A DNA stretch of 51,211 bases from Bacteroidota bacterium (lineage in GTDB: Bacteria > Bacteroidota > Bacteroidia > NS11-12g > UBA955). A program made the position numbers and the translations under genes. Numbering within the stretch: position 1 is the first letter of the stretch; every line of letters starts with the position of its first letter. Location: positions 1 to 51,211 of the forward strand of contig JBDKIU010000032.1 in assembly GCA_039796915.1 (NCBI GenBank), written 5' to 3'. The notes under the pieces are model-generated. The model saw only the letters and a list, made by a program, of their open reading frames with translations, had not been told where the DNA came from and ran no database searches. Below are positions 17,507 through 26,956 of the stretch, piece after piece.

Positions 17507-19510
17507 TTAGTAGAAAATGTTTGCCAGCTTGTAGGTAATAAAACTGGCACCATAGGCTAGGGCTGTCATGGTCATCAGCTGAATGGCCGGCCACTTCCAC
17601 GAACCTGTTTCCCTTCTGACCACAGCCAGCGTGCTCATGCACTGCAGGGCGAAGGCGTAGAAAACCATCAGGCTGAGTGCGAACGGAATGCCATAAAGCG
17701 GCTCGCCGGTTAATGGATTCGTTTCAGCGGCCATTTTCTCCCTGATGCCTTGTTCATCCTCTGTGCCCACAGCGTAAATGGTACTCATGGTGCCCACAAA
17801 AACTTCCCGGGCCGCAAAAGACGTAATCAACGCTATTCCTGTTTTCCAGTCGAAGCCCAGCGGGGCAATCACCGGCTCAATGGCTTTGCCAAGAATGCCG
17901 GCATAGCTGTGCTCCAGCATGGCAGCAGATTTCATTTGATCCGCAGCCATTTCATCCATGCCCCGGCTTGCGGCAACGGTGACGGCTTGTGCACCTGCTT
18001 CTTCCATGGAATTGCCCGGACCAAAGGAGGCAAGAAACCAGAGCACCACGGAAATGATCAGAATGATGCTGCCGGCCTGCCATACGAAGGCTTTACAGCG
18101 CTGGTACATGCCCTGCAGGATGTTGGCAAAACGCGGCCACTGATAGTCGGGCAGCTCCATAATAAACCCAGAACTGCTGCGCTGTTTTACAAACAGGCTG
18201 GCCACAGCTGCAACCACAAGCGCAGTGATGGCGCCGAGCATATAGATAAGGGTGAGCAAGAGGCCACGGGCATCAAAAATTCCCATCTTCATTCCTTCCG
18301 GAACGGCCAGGGAAATCAACAGCACATATACGGGCAAACGCGCACTGCAACTCATCAGCGGCGTAACGAAAATGGTGATGAGCCGATCTTTGAGATTCGG
18401 AATGGTTCTGGCAGCCATGATGCTTGGAATGGCACAGGCCATGCCGCCCACCAGCGGAATTACAGAGCGCCCGTTCAAGCCTGCTTTCCGCATCAGTCGA
18501 TCGGTAATGAAGCTGGCCCTTGGCATATAACCACTGTCTTCCAACATGGAAAGAAACAAGAACAGCAGCGCTATTTGCGGAATGAACACCAATACACCGG
18601 CAAGGCCGGGAATGATGCCACCGCTGACCAATCCGTTGAAAAAGCCTTCGGGCAATCTTGACTTCACAAAGCTGCCCAGCCCAGACATGCCTTCTTCGAT
18701 CCAGCCCATAGGTGCTTCTGCCAGATAGAACACCGACTGAAAAATGAGGTACAGCATAAAAAACAGCAGCACAAATCCCCAGATTCTATGGGTAAACAAG
18801 CGATCCAGCATGCGTGTGGCAGAATGTTTTACCGGCGTATTCTTGGTTTGCACGGCATCTACAATGCTGCCAATAAAAGCAAAACGCCTGCTGGTATCTG
18901 TACGTCTTTGTTCGGAAGTAATGGAATCATGGCCGGCCAGATAATTCCTCAATTTATTCATGGCCTGGGCAGGCGTGCCAGAATCGGAAGTGCTGGCCCA
19001 GGAACTGTTTGTTTTCGCCGCAGCTGCCTCCAGTGCTGCAATACCTTCGCCGGTGCGTGGATTCACAGGAACTACCAGAACGCCGAGTTTAAGCGACAAA
19101 TCTTCAACACTTATTTTCATGCCCTTGCTGGCAGCCATGTCCATCATGCTCAGGGCCAGAACCATAGGAATGCCCAGTTCGGCCATTTCTTCAAACATGA
19201 GCAGGTGGCGGCGAAGGTTGGTCGCATCGGCCACGTACACAATCAAATCCGGTGTCAGACTTTCAGATGCCAGAACCATGGCCACTTCTGCTTCATCCGC
19301 GCTGGCCGGGAACAAGCTGTAAGATCCGGGCAAGTCCACGAGGTTGCATCGATTCCCCTGGAGATTCCAACTGCCAGCCCTGCGCTCAACAGTGGTTCCG
19401 GGCAGGTTGCTGGTTTTTTGTCGCAGCCCGGTGAGCCTGTTGAACAAGGTGCTTTTCCCCGTGTTGGGGTTGCCGGCAAGGACGATGTATCGTGCTACGG
19501 AATCACTCAT
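17507..19510 (-). CDS. feoB: Ferrous iron transporter B
   Basis: N-terminal GTPase (GNPNTGKSTLFN, DLPG) followed by a polytopic membrane domain. 667 aa. Confidence 0.95.
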   Translation of the reverse strand: MSDSVARYIVLAGNPNTGKSTLFNRLTGLRQKTSNLPGTTVERRAGSWNLQGNRCNLVDLPGSYSLFPASADEAEVAMVLASESLTPDLIVYVADATNLRRHLLMFEEMAELGIPMVLALSMMDMAASKGMKISVEDLSLKLGVLVVPVNPRTGEGIAALEAAAAKTNSSWASTSDSGTPAQAMNKLRNYLAGHDSITSEQRRTDTSRRFAFIGSIVDAVQTKNTPVKHSATRMLDRLFTHRIWGFVLLFFMLYLIFQSVFYLAEAPMGWIEEGMSGLGSFVKSRLPEGFFNGLVSGGIIPGLAGVLVFIPQIALLFLFLSMLEDSGYMPRASFITDRLMRKAGLNGRSVIPLVGGMACAIPSIMAARTIPNLKDRLITIFVTPLMSCSARLPVYVLLISLAVPEGMKMGIFDARGLLLTLIYMLGAITALVVAAVASLFVKQRSSSGFIMELPDYQWPRFANILQGMYQRCKAFVWQAGSIILIISVVLWFLASFGPGNSMEEAGAQAVTVAASRGMDEMAADQMKSAAMLEHSYAGILGKAIEPVIAPLGFDWKTGIALITSFAAREVFVGTMSTIYAVGTEDEQGIREKMAAETNPLTGEPLYGIPFALSLMVFYAFALQCMSTLAVVRRETGSWKWPAIQLMTMTALAYGASFITYKLANIFY

Positions 19511-19734
19511 TGTGTTTTTACCACCTCCAACATGGCTGCCTCTTCCCTACGCATGCTCAATAAATATCCGTCTCCAATTTCAAAGGCCAGCGGATCTCCA
19601 AACGGCGCTTGAAACAAGAGCTGGATCCTTACGCCCGGAAGACAGCCCATTTCAGCAAGCCGCGCCGCTATGGGATGGTCTGCCGCCGATGTGATCAGCG
19701 CTGATTCGCCTATGCTCAGGTCTGCTGCGTTCAT
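19507..19734 (-). CDS. feoA: FeoA-family protein
   Basis: 75 aa. Its ATGA overlaps the feoB start. LAEMGCLPGVRIQL...GDPLAFEIGDGYLLSMRREEA is typical FeoA. Confidence 0.85.
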   Translation of the reverse strand: MNAADLSIGESALITSAADHPIAARLAEMGCLPGVRIQLLFQAPFGDPLAFEIGDGYLLSMRREEAAMLEVVKTQ

Positions 19735-19744
19735 GTTGTGGCAA

Positions 19745-19752
19745 CAAATTTA
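19745..19752 (-). promoter_or_regulatory. Candidate -7 box TAAATTTG for feoAB
   Basis: The minus strand reads TAAATTTG-N10-ATG(19734), a perfect consensus match. Confidence 0.45.
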
Positions 19753-19811
19753 GACCCACCGTAGCAGAAAATATATGAGCATCCGCATATTGGATATTCT
19801 GGATGGCTTTG

Positions 19812-19841
19812 TTGCAAGTGCCTGCACCTTGGCTAAATTCG
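19812..19841 (+). promoter_or_regulatory. Candidate promoter TTG-N19-TAAATTCG for the CCG-domain Fe-S gene
   Basis: TTG at 19812-19814, a 19-nt spacer, TAAATTCG at 19834-19841, then 14 nt to ATG 19856. Confidence 0.4.
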
Positions 19842-19855
19842 CATGACTAAATCGT

Positions 19856-20635
19856 ATGGCAATAAAAACCATGGCTGAATATGCCGCCGAAGGCCGTAGT
19901 CCTGAAGTGCTGTTTTGGGTCGGCTGCGCCGGAAGTTTCGACGAACGGGCTCAACGGGTATCCAAGGCTTTTTCCAAAATTCTGGAAGCTGCACACATTG
20001 AATTTGCCATCCTTGGTGCTGAAGAAAGCTGCACCGGTGATCCTGCCAAGCGTGCCGGCAACGAATTCCTGTTTCAGATGATGGCCATGAACAATATTGC
20101 CGTGATGAATGGATATGGCATCAAAAAGATTGTCACCACCTGCCCGCATTGCTTCAATACCCTGAAAAACGAATACCCGCAACTGGGCGGAAATTATGAA
20201 GTGGTGCATCATACCAGCTTCATCAATGAACTGTTCGAGACCGGCAGGCTGAAGGTAGAAGGCGGTGCTTTTAAGGGAAGTAAAATCGTGTACCACGACA
20301 GCTGCTACCTGGGTCGTGGCAATAATATTTACGAAGCTCCACGGATGGTCATCGAGCGCCTGGATGCCGACCTGAAGGAAATGAAACGCTGCAGGACCAA
20401 TGGCCTGTGCTGTGGTGCGGGTGGTGCGCAAATGTTCAAAGAAGCAGAGCAGGGTTCCAAAGAAATTAATATTGAACGCAGCGAAGAAGCGCTGGAAACC
20501 CAAGCCGATATCATTGCCGTAAATTGTCCGTTTTGCATGACCATGCTGCGCGATGGTGTGAAACACGCCGGCAAAGAAGAACAGGTTGCGGTGATGGACA
20601 TTGCAGAACTGGTGAGCCGCGCCGGAAACCTCTGA
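19856..20635 (+). CDS. (Fe-S)-binding protein with two cysteine-rich CCG domains (C-terminal half of an HdrD/GlpC/COG0247-type oxidoreductase)
   Basis: VLFWVGCAGSFD...SCTGDP...TTCPHCFNTL, and then DSCYLGR...LCCGAGG...NCPFCMTML: two CCG-type motifs. Confidence 0.85.
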   Translation: MAIKTMAEYAAEGRSPEVLFWVGCAGSFDERAQRVSKAFSKILEAAHIEFAILGAEESCTGDPAKRAGNEFLFQMMAMNNIAVMNGYGIKKIVTTCPHCFNTLKNEYPQLGGNYEVVHHTSFINELFETGRLKVEGGAFKGSKIVYHDSCYLGRGNNIYEAPRMVIERLDADLKEMKRCRTNGLCCGAGGAQMFKEAEQGSKEINIERSEEALETQADIIAVNCPFCMTMLRDGVKHAGKEEQVAVMDIAELVSRAGNL

Positions 20636-21117
20636 TGATTCGACTGCACTTGCCTCCGCATTCCCGCTTGTGGTTTTTTCTGGCCGACCGAAAGCTGGAA
20701 GAACACGAACAAGAAGCGCTCAGCGCACAACTGCGCAACTTCACCTGCTCCTGGAAATCCCATGGCAGCAGCCTTTCCGCAGGTTTCGACATCCTGATGA
20801 ACCATATAGTGCTCATCGCTGTAGATGAAGAACAGGAAGCACCTTCAGGTTGCAGCATCGATAAAGCCTTCCGCCTGCTTCAGGAATTTGGCAACAGCCA
20901 AGGCATTGATTTCTTCAATCGCTTGTTGGTTCCTTTGGCTGTTGCAGAAGGTGTGGCGTTGATCCACCGCAGTGAATTGGCAACCAAAATCACTGCCGGA
21001 GCTGTACATCCTGATGACCTTTACTACGACTTAACCATTACCCGTATTGCACAACTGGAACAGGATTTCCAAAAGCCTTTACGCCAAGGTTGGGCCCTGA
21101 AAGGCCTGAGCTTATGA
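20635..21117 (+). CDS. Conserved hypothetical protein (160 aa), translationally coupled on both sides
   Basis: ATG 20635 overlaps the upstream TGA, and its own stop overlaps the MFS ATG (ATGA at 21114). I recognised no motif. The track start at 20524 lies inside the upstream CDS and was rejected. Confidence 0.6.
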   Translation: MIRLHLPPHSRLWFFLADRKLEEHEQEALSAQLRNFTCSWKSHGSSLSAGFDILMNHIVLIAVDEEQEAPSGCSIDKAFRLLQEFGNSQGIDFFNRLLVPLAVAEGVALIHRSELATKITAGAVHPDDLYYDLTITRIAQLEQDFQKPLRQGWALKGLSL

Positions 21118-22319
21118 AACGCAGCCCACTTTTTACACTTTTCCTGACCATCTTTATTGATTTGCTGGGTTTTGGCATTGCCATTCCGATTCTACCCGTT
21201 TTCTCTAAAGAACTGGCGCTGAAGGCCGGACTGAATTGGGACGCGGACATCCTTACGGGGATTGTTGCTGCCAGCTACAGCCTCATGCAGTTCGTTTTTG
21301 CACCCATCTGGGGAAACATCAGCGACCATCGTGGCCGCAGACCCATCATTCTGAGTTCCATCCTGATTACAGCACTCGGATATTTTGTATTGGGCTGGAG
21401 CAGCAGTTTCTGGACCTTGCTTCTGGCTCGTCTGATTTCAGGGATGGGCAGTGCAAATATCTCGGCAGCACAGGCGTATATCGCTGACATTACACCCCCG
21501 CATGAGCGCGCGAAGCGCATGGGACTGATTGGGGCCGCCTTTGGGTTGGGTTTTGTATTTGGTCCTCCCATTGGAGGTTGGCTGGCCAAGGCAGGAGGCA
21601 TGCATTACATCGGCTATTTCACCGGAGCACTTTGCCTGTTCAACTTTGCGCTTGCCTGGTTTACGCTGCCGGAATCACTCACAGAACGCACCCGCGACAG
21701 AAAGCCCTGGTTTCAATCCTTCCAGGCCATTGGAAGCTCCCTGAATCATCCGCTCATCGGTGCATTATTCCTCATCAACTTCATCTTCATTGTAGCCTTC
21801 AGCATGATGCAAACCAATGCCAGCCTGCTTTGGAAGGAACAGTTTTCGCTAAACAATGCCCAATCGGGCAACCTGTTTGGTTTTATCGGCCTGTGCAGCG
21901 CGCTGATTCAGGGTTTGTTTATAGGTTATTTCACCAAATGGATGGGCGCGCCAAAGCTCCTGATGTTTGGCATCGTGCTGTTGTGCATCGGCATCGTGGG
22001 AATTCCCTTTCCTCCTGTTTCATGGTTTTACCTGTTCACAGCGCTGAGTCTCTTCCTTATTGCGCTTGGAAACGGCATGATCATCCCTTCGGTAAACGCT
22101 CTGATATCGGTGAATACAGATCCACAATCTCAGGGTAAAACACTGGGTGCGCTGCAAAGTACCGGCGCACTGGCACGCGGCATCGGCCCATTGATTGCGG
22201 GATTTTTATACAGCATTGATTTTCACCTGCCTTACACGGGTGCCGGCATACTCTTGATCATGAGTTTATTGCTTGCCTGGAAGCTCAGCCGTTCCGGGTT
22301 GGGGCAGCCAAATCCCTAA
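21114..22319 (+). CDS. MFS transporter (DHA1/TetA-like)
   Basis: [21 protein letters not shown] and [14 protein letters not shown] (MFS motif A region). About 12 predicted TM helices. Confidence 0.85.
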   Translation: MKRSPLFTLFLTIFIDLLGFGIAIPILPVFSKELALKAGLNWDADILTGIVAASYSLMQFVFAPIWGNISDHRGRRPIILSSILITALGYFVLGWSSSFWTLLLARLISGMGSANISAAQAYIADITPPHERAKRMGLIGAAFGLGFVFGPPIGGWLAKAGGMHYIGYFTGALCLFNFALAWFTLPESLTERTRDRKPWFQSFQAIGSSLNHPLIGALFLINFIFIVAFSMMQTNASLLWKEQFSLNNAQSGNLFGFIGLCSALIQGLFIGYFTKWMGAPKLLMFGIVLLCIGIVGIPFPPVSWFYLFTALSLFLIALGNGMIIPSVNALISVNTDPQSQGKTLGALQSTGALARGIGPLIAGFLYSIDFHLPYTGAGILLIMSLLLAWKLSRSGLGQPNP

Positions 22320-22540
22320 GGAACGGGGTCGTATCCGCTTCCGCCCCAGGGATGGCAGCGACCTATCCTCCGCACAGCCAACTTCAACCCTTTCCAGGGA
22401 CCGTGCTTTTTTAACGCTTCCACCGCATATTGAGAACAAGTAGGCGTGTATCTGCAGGATGGCGGTATCATCGGAGAAATCATCCGCTGATAGATGCGTA
22501 CCAAAAACACGAGGATCTTAATCAGTATGCTTCGCAACAT
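22316..22540 (-). CDS. yidD: Membrane protein insertion efficiency factor
   Basis: [31 protein letters not shown]...[14 protein letters not shown] is the YidD signature. Confidence 0.9.
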   Translation of the reverse strand: MLRSILIKILVFLVRIYQRMISPMIPPSCRYTPTCSQYAVEALKKHGPWKGLKLAVRRIGRCHPWGGSGYDPVP

Positions 22541-22910
22541 CAGCTTTGAATTTTTCGAGTAAACGAAGGTAAACCGGAAGTAATGAATGGTAGGAAACTA
22601 CATCCGCACCGTGATACATGAATGCGATGTTCAGGTACGTATTCTTCTCCTCACAATAATCCTGCAATACAAATTTGTTCAAACGGTAGAGTTCCCGCAT
22701 GACCCTACGGATACGGTTTCTGGTTACCGCCTTTTTATATCTGCGGGCGGAAACAACAAAAACAACACGAACGTGTTCCTTGGAAGGCTGTGCCTTGACC
22801 CAATTAATTCTGAATGGAAATTGACCTACTGAAAAAGGATGTTGGAACAACGCAGAGATTTGCCTTGTTCCCCGAAGTCGCTCATCCCTGCGCAGCGTAG
22901 CTTTGCGCAT
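22518..22910 (-). CDS. rnpA: Ribonuclease P protein component
   Basis: Its position between rpmH and yidD fits, and it is a basic 130-aa protein with the RNR-like block [14 protein letters not shown]. Confidence 0.85.
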   Translation of the reverse strand: MRKATLRRDERLRGTRQISALFQHPFSVGQFPFRINWVKAQPSKEHVRVVFVVSARRYKKAVTRNRIRRVMRELYRLNKFVLQDYCEEKNTYLNIAFMYHGADVVSYHSLLPVYLRLLEKFKADVAKHTD

Positions 22911-22928
22911 GGTTCCCCGCGTTGGAGG

Positions 22929-23087
22929 TTAACCTTTGTGGCCGCGCTCGTCAGAAACGGTGAGCTTGTGGCGACCTCTTGCGCGGCGAGCTGCCAGAAC
23001 CTTTCTGCCGTTGGCAGTGCTCATCCTGTTGCGGAAACCGTGTTTGTTGCGGCGCTTGCGGGTACTTGGATTATAGGTTGGTTGCAT
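22929..23087 (-). CDS. rpmH: 50S ribosomal protein L34
   Basis: Absent from the ORF track (52 aa). My translation is [52 protein letters not shown], which matches the L34 consensus. It sits in the classic rpmH-rnpA-yidD order. Confidence 0.9.
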   Translation of the reverse strand: MQPTYNPSTRKRRNKHGFRNRMSTANGRKVLAARRARGRHKLTVSDERGHKG

Positions 23088-23112
23088 GGCTGACCGGTTT
23101 TTTTATGGGCTG

Positions 23113-23144
23113 CAAAGATAGCAAGATTTCGTATTCTCTAACAA
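23113..23144 (-). promoter_or_regulatory. Candidate promoter TTG-N21-TATCTTTG for rpmH-rnpA-yidD
   Basis: On the minus strand, TTG is at 23144-23142 and TATCTTTG at 23120-23113, then 25 nt to the rpmH ATG. Confidence 0.45.
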
Positions 23145-23160
23145 GCCCTACAGAAAATCA

Positions 23161-23853
23161 TTATTGATCTGTTTTAAGCAGCAGCGTTTTACCCCCGCTC
23201 AGGATTAATCGGTCTTCGTGGGAGGCGCTGAGAAACTTTCGGTTTACACAATAGTTTTTGGTACATAGGAAGCCCAACGGAGCAAGCAGCTGGGCATAGG
23301 CTTCAATGCGTTTATCCTGGCGATACATTTGTCCGTCGCTGGCATAAATCAGACAACCCGGGAACACGGCCTCTACATACACCAGTTCTTCGAGGTGCAG
23401 AAATGGCTCCTGGCCCTGTTGGTTCAGCGGTATGGCTTCAAAGCGATGTCTGAGCATCCACAATGCTTCGTGCACCGCAGCTGCCGAGCTGCCCACGCTT
23501 TGCCTGCGCAGCTGTTTCACCGCATCTGAAAGCTCTGTCGTATCCACCGGTTTATGCAAACAGGGAACACCGGCGAATTGCAGGGCGCGCACACTGTATT
23601 CGTCGTAAGCGGTAATGAATATGGTTTTAAATGAAACTTCCGGCAAACGTTCGAGCAGCTGAAAGGAGTCTCCGTCTTTCAAACTGATGTCCAGGAATAC
23701 CAGCTCGGGATGTACCTGGGAAATCAAGGTTGTTCCGGAGTCAATATCAGCTGCCTCGCCAATGAGCGCAACATCGGGACAAACCATCTGAAGCAATACC
23801 CGCAACACTTCGCGGGATTTTGTTTCGTCATCTATAATGATGGCCTTCATCAT
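23161..23853 (-). CDS. Response regulator, REC + diverged LytTR-like DNA-binding domain
   Basis: The REC domain has IIIDDE, VFLDISL (phospho-Asp), FITAY and LHKP. The C-terminal LytTR-like part is diverged (FLCTKNYCVNRKFL in place of the usual F.R.H+S..VN motif). Confidence 0.8.
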   Translation of the reverse strand: MMKAIIIDDETKSREVLRVLLQMVCPDVALIGEAADIDSGTTLISQVHPELVFLDISLKDGDSFQLLERLPEVSFKTIFITAYDEYSVRALQFAGVPCLHKPVDTTELSDAVKQLRRQSVGSSAAAVHEALWMLRHRFEAIPLNQQGQEPFLHLEELVYVEAVFPGCLIYASDGQMYRQDKRIEAYAQLLAPLGFLCTKNYCVNRKFLSASHEDRLILSGGKTLLLKTDQ

Positions 23854-26800
23854 CGTGGTGCAGGTTTACAGGTATATAAATGGCCACACGGGTGCCACAG
23901 GCTTCACCGTCCAACGTTTTTAAGTCAGTGATGGTTACCGAAACTTTGTCCTTGAAACGGCGGTTCAGCATTTCCAGGCGCTGACGCGTAACGCTCATCC
24001 CGGTGCTTTCATGGCGGCTGCGCCTTGCCTGATTGAGGAGCTGCGACTTTTCGCGGCCTATGCCGTTGTCTTCCACCACACAGTAAATATGATTTCCCGC
24101 CTGTTCCATCAAAATATCCAGCCGATGTCTGCCTTCGGGCATGGGCGTTAATCCATGCAGAATGGCGTTTTCCACGTAAGGCTGGATGATCATGGAAGGA
24201 ATCATCACCTGAGTGCCGCGCAGACTTTCGTTCAGCGAAATGCTGTAATCCAGATTTCCATCCAACCTCAGTTTCTCCAGTTCCAGATAGGTTTCCAGCG
24301 ATTGCAGTTCCTGATCCAGCGGAATAAAACTGAATCGGCTGTTTTGGAGGATCTGACGCATCAGCGAGCTGAACTTTGCCAGATAGGCGTAAGCTTCGCC
24401 GGCGCTTTTATTCAGCACATAGTACTGAATGCTGTTGATGGAATTGAAGATGAAATGCGGGTTCATCTGTCCTCGGAGTGCTTTTAGCTCTGTTTCGGCA
24501 AGACTCAATTGGTAGTTGCGGCGCAACGCACCTGTACGGATGCGGAACACCAGCCACAAAAGCGCGAGGAATAAGGCGCCCATCAGCATCAGAAACCACC
24601 AGGTGCGCCAGTATGGTGGCAGAATCTGCACATGCAGCACTGCCGGCATAGCCGACCAAATGCCATCATCATTGCTGGCCTGAACCTGAAAGGTATAGGT
24701 GCCGGGAGGCAGGTTGGTATAAGAAGCGCTTCGGTTGTCGCCAGCCTCAATCCAGGTTTCGTCCAGACCGTCTAAGCGATACCTGAACTTGTTCTGCGCA
24801 CTGTTCACAAAGCTCAGGCCGGTAAAGTCGATACGCAGGAAATTCTGATTATGTCGCAGCACCATCACACTGCCGGTATGGTACAGGCTGTCGAAGGGAA
24901 AAGGCTTTTCCATCACCTTCAAACCGGTAATGGCGGTAAGTGGCGGCGTGGTATTGATGCTCAAAGCCTCGGGCTTGAAGTAGTTGATGCCGTTGATACC
25001 GCCGAACCAAAGACTTCCATCTCTGGTTTTCAGATACGTTCCTTCATTGAATTCTAAACTTTGTACCCGCGAACTTTGGTTCAGATGGCGGATGCTTCCC
25101 TGGGAAGGCGCATACACCATCAGACCACGGTTGGACGACATCCACCAATTTCCCTGCTGATCCAGCAGCAAGCCATAAACAACATCATTGGACAAGCCGT
25201 TGGCCGTTGTAAGCGTTTGCACCTTGCCGCTGCGGCGATCCAGAATGTTCAAACCTCCGCCATAAGTGCCCAGCAATAAAGTATCCTGACCCAACGGAAC
25301 CACACACATCACATTATTGCTGCTCAGACCCTGATTTGTTCCTTGTTTCTGGGTGTAATGCCTGCGCACATTTCCTTCAGTATCAACAATCAGCAGTCCG
25401 TTGCCGAAGGTTGCGCACAGCAACTGCTGCTGCCGGGAATCGTACCGCACTTCCATGATTTGGTAATCGGGAAGATTGGGTTGATTTCGGAGGGTTTCCG
25501 GAATGACCCGGTAATGTGTCAACAGGTTTTTGTCGGCGTGGTACCTCCACAAACCTACGGTGGTGCCGAGCCACAGGCTGCCATCCGGAACCTGGGTAAT
25601 GCTTTTCACCTGGAGTTCCTGAAGTTGCTGTCCGTCTGTAGTTTTGGTCAGCACCTTTCTAAACGTCCTGGCTTTTGGATCAAAACGAAACAGGCCTTCA
25701 TTGCCGGCGCCCACCCAGTATCTGCCTTGTGCATCCCGAAAGATGGAACGTATGGAATTGGAAGGAAGTCCACTGCAATTGTCGGCCCCATAATGCATGA
25801 TCAAACCACCTGCCATGACCCTGTTGATGCCGCCATCCAGACTTCCGGACCAGATGCTTCCGTCCGTATCTTCAAAAAGGCCGTAGGTATTTCCTGTGGA
25901 AAGAGAACCGGCATCGCCCGGAATATGCCGCAGCAAGCCAAACTGCTGATTGAGCGGCTTGTAAACACTTAAGCCGCTGAGCGTGCCGATCCATACATTT
26001 CCTTCCCTGTCTTCATCCAGGCATAATACGGAATTGTTCGACAGGCCTTCGGCGCTGAAGGCATTATACATACAACTTACAGTTTCCGTGAGTTCCCTGT
26101 CTTTAATCCTGAAGCGCTGCAGGCCGTTGAAATAATTGTTGGCACACCACAGATATCCGCGGGTATCTGCCTTCATGGCAATGATGTTGCGAAACAGGGC
26201 TTCACTGCCTGCGGGTGTGCGCACAGCATGCACCCGTCCGTTGCCGATCCATTGCAAACCTTCTGTGGATGTGGCCGCAAAAACCGATGTTCCATGGAAA
26301 GCCATAGCCAGCACCGTGCTGTTTGTGAGCCACGAAGCTTTCACTTGTCCGGGCTTGGCAGGATCTAAAACCCGGATGCCTCCCTGGCCGCCAAGCCACA
26401 ACATTCCATCCGCAGAAAAGCCCATACAATACGGCATAAAGCTGCTGTCGTGCGGCAGTACCGGCAAGGGCCGGATTTCGGGCGCTTTCGTTTCGGCCAG
26501 CCAGGCACCGCCCTGTTGCAGCAGCCAGCACACGTAACCGGAAGGTGCTGATTCAATTCCTAATATCGGCAGGCGTGCGGGATTGCTGCGCAGAAATTCC
26601 GGATGACGCTGAAATCGGGCATTACGGCTGTTGTACAGGGTGATGCTTCCATCGTTGGCGCCAATCCAGATGCGGTTCAGCCGGTCTTCAGCAAGAGCCG
26701 TGAGGTAATTGTCCTGAAGGCCACTTGCCGACATGGGCTGGCTGCGAAACACCGTAAAATTATGTCCATCGTAACGGTTCAGTCCCTCGGCAGTAGCAAT

Positions 26801-26956
26801 CCACATAAATCCGTCCGACGATTGAATCAAATCCAAAACGGTACTTGCCGACAAGCCGCGGTTCACCGAGTAATTGTCAAAACGCAGCTGCCCGAACGAA
26901 GTCGGAACCCGCAGCCACAAAACCAGAAAAACAAAGTACCGAATCAGGCGCATCAC
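23828..26956 (-). CDS. Hybrid-architecture sensor kinase: periplasmic two-component-regulator propeller repeats + Y_Y_Y domain, one TM, LytS/YehU-type His_kinase + HATPase
   Basis: Signal/TM N-terminus and many propeller repeats (W.GT..GL..y). The Y_Y_Y block is FRYRLDGLDETWIEAGDNRSASYTNLPPGTYTFQVQASNDDGIWS and the TM is WWFLMLMGALFLALLWLVF. H-box MNPHFIFNSINSI, N-box QPYVENAILHG, G1 VEDNGIG. Confidence 0.9.
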   Translation of the reverse strand: MMRLIRYFVFLVLWLRVPTSFGQLRFDNYSVNRGLSASTVLDLIQSSDGFMWIATAEGLNRYDGHNFTVFRSQPMSASGLQDNYLTALAEDRLNRIWIGANDGSITLYNSRNARFQRHPEFLRSNPARLPILGIESAPSGYVCWLLQQGGAWLAETKAPEIRPLPVLPHDSSFMPYCMGFSADGMLWLGGQGGIRVLDPAKPGQVKASWLTNSTVLAMAFHGTSVFAATSTEGLQWIGNGRVHAVRTPAGSEALFRNIIAMKADTRGYLWCANNYFNGLQRFRIKDRELTETVSCMYNAFSAEGLSNNSVLCLDEDREGNVWIGTLSGLSVYKPLNQQFGLLRHIPGDAGSLSTGNTYGLFEDTDGSIWSGSLDGGINRVMAGGLIMHYGADNCSGLPSNSIRSIFRDAQGRYWVGAGNEGLFRFDPKARTFRKVLTKTTDGQQLQELQVKSITQVPDGSLWLGTTVGLWRYHADKNLLTHYRVIPETLRNQPNLPDYQIMEVRYDSRQQQLLCATFGNGLLIVDTEGNVRRHYTQKQGTNQGLSSNNVMCVVPLGQDTLLLGTYGGGLNILDRRSGKVQTLTTANGLSNDVVYGLLLDQQGNWWMSSNRGLMVYAPSQGSIRHLNQSSRVQSLEFNEGTYLKTRDGSLWFGGINGINYFKPEALSINTTPPLTAITGLKVMEKPFPFDSLYHTGSVMVLRHNQNFLRIDFTGLSFVNSAQNKFRYRLDGLDETWIEAGDNRSASYTNLPPGTYTFQVQASNDDGIWSAMPAVLHVQILPPYWRTWWFLMLMGALFLALLWLVFRIRTGALRRNYQLSLAETELKALRGQMNPHFIFNSINSIQYYVLNKSAGEAYAYLAKFSSLMRQILQNSRFSFIPLDQELQSLETYLELEKLRLDGNLDYSISLNESLRGTQVMIPSMIIQPYVENAILHGLTPMPEGRHRLDILMEQAGNHIYCVVEDNGIGREKSQLLNQARRSRHESTGMSVTRQRLEMLNRRFKDKVSVTITDLKTLDGEACGTRVAIYIPVNLHHDDEGHHYR

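Noticed and set aside
19773-19790. A Fur-box-like palindrome ATATG-N8-CATAT upstream of feoAB.
   Set aside because: The arms are only 5 bp in an AT-rich spacer and do not extend. This is well within chance expectation, and it bears no resemblance to the 19-bp Fur consensus.
22316-22319. Convergent MFS and yidD genes overlap at their stop codons (CTAA), with no terminator between them.
   Set aside because: This is real in the sequence, but small convergent overlaps are common in compact genomes. There is no further evidence of antisense regulation.
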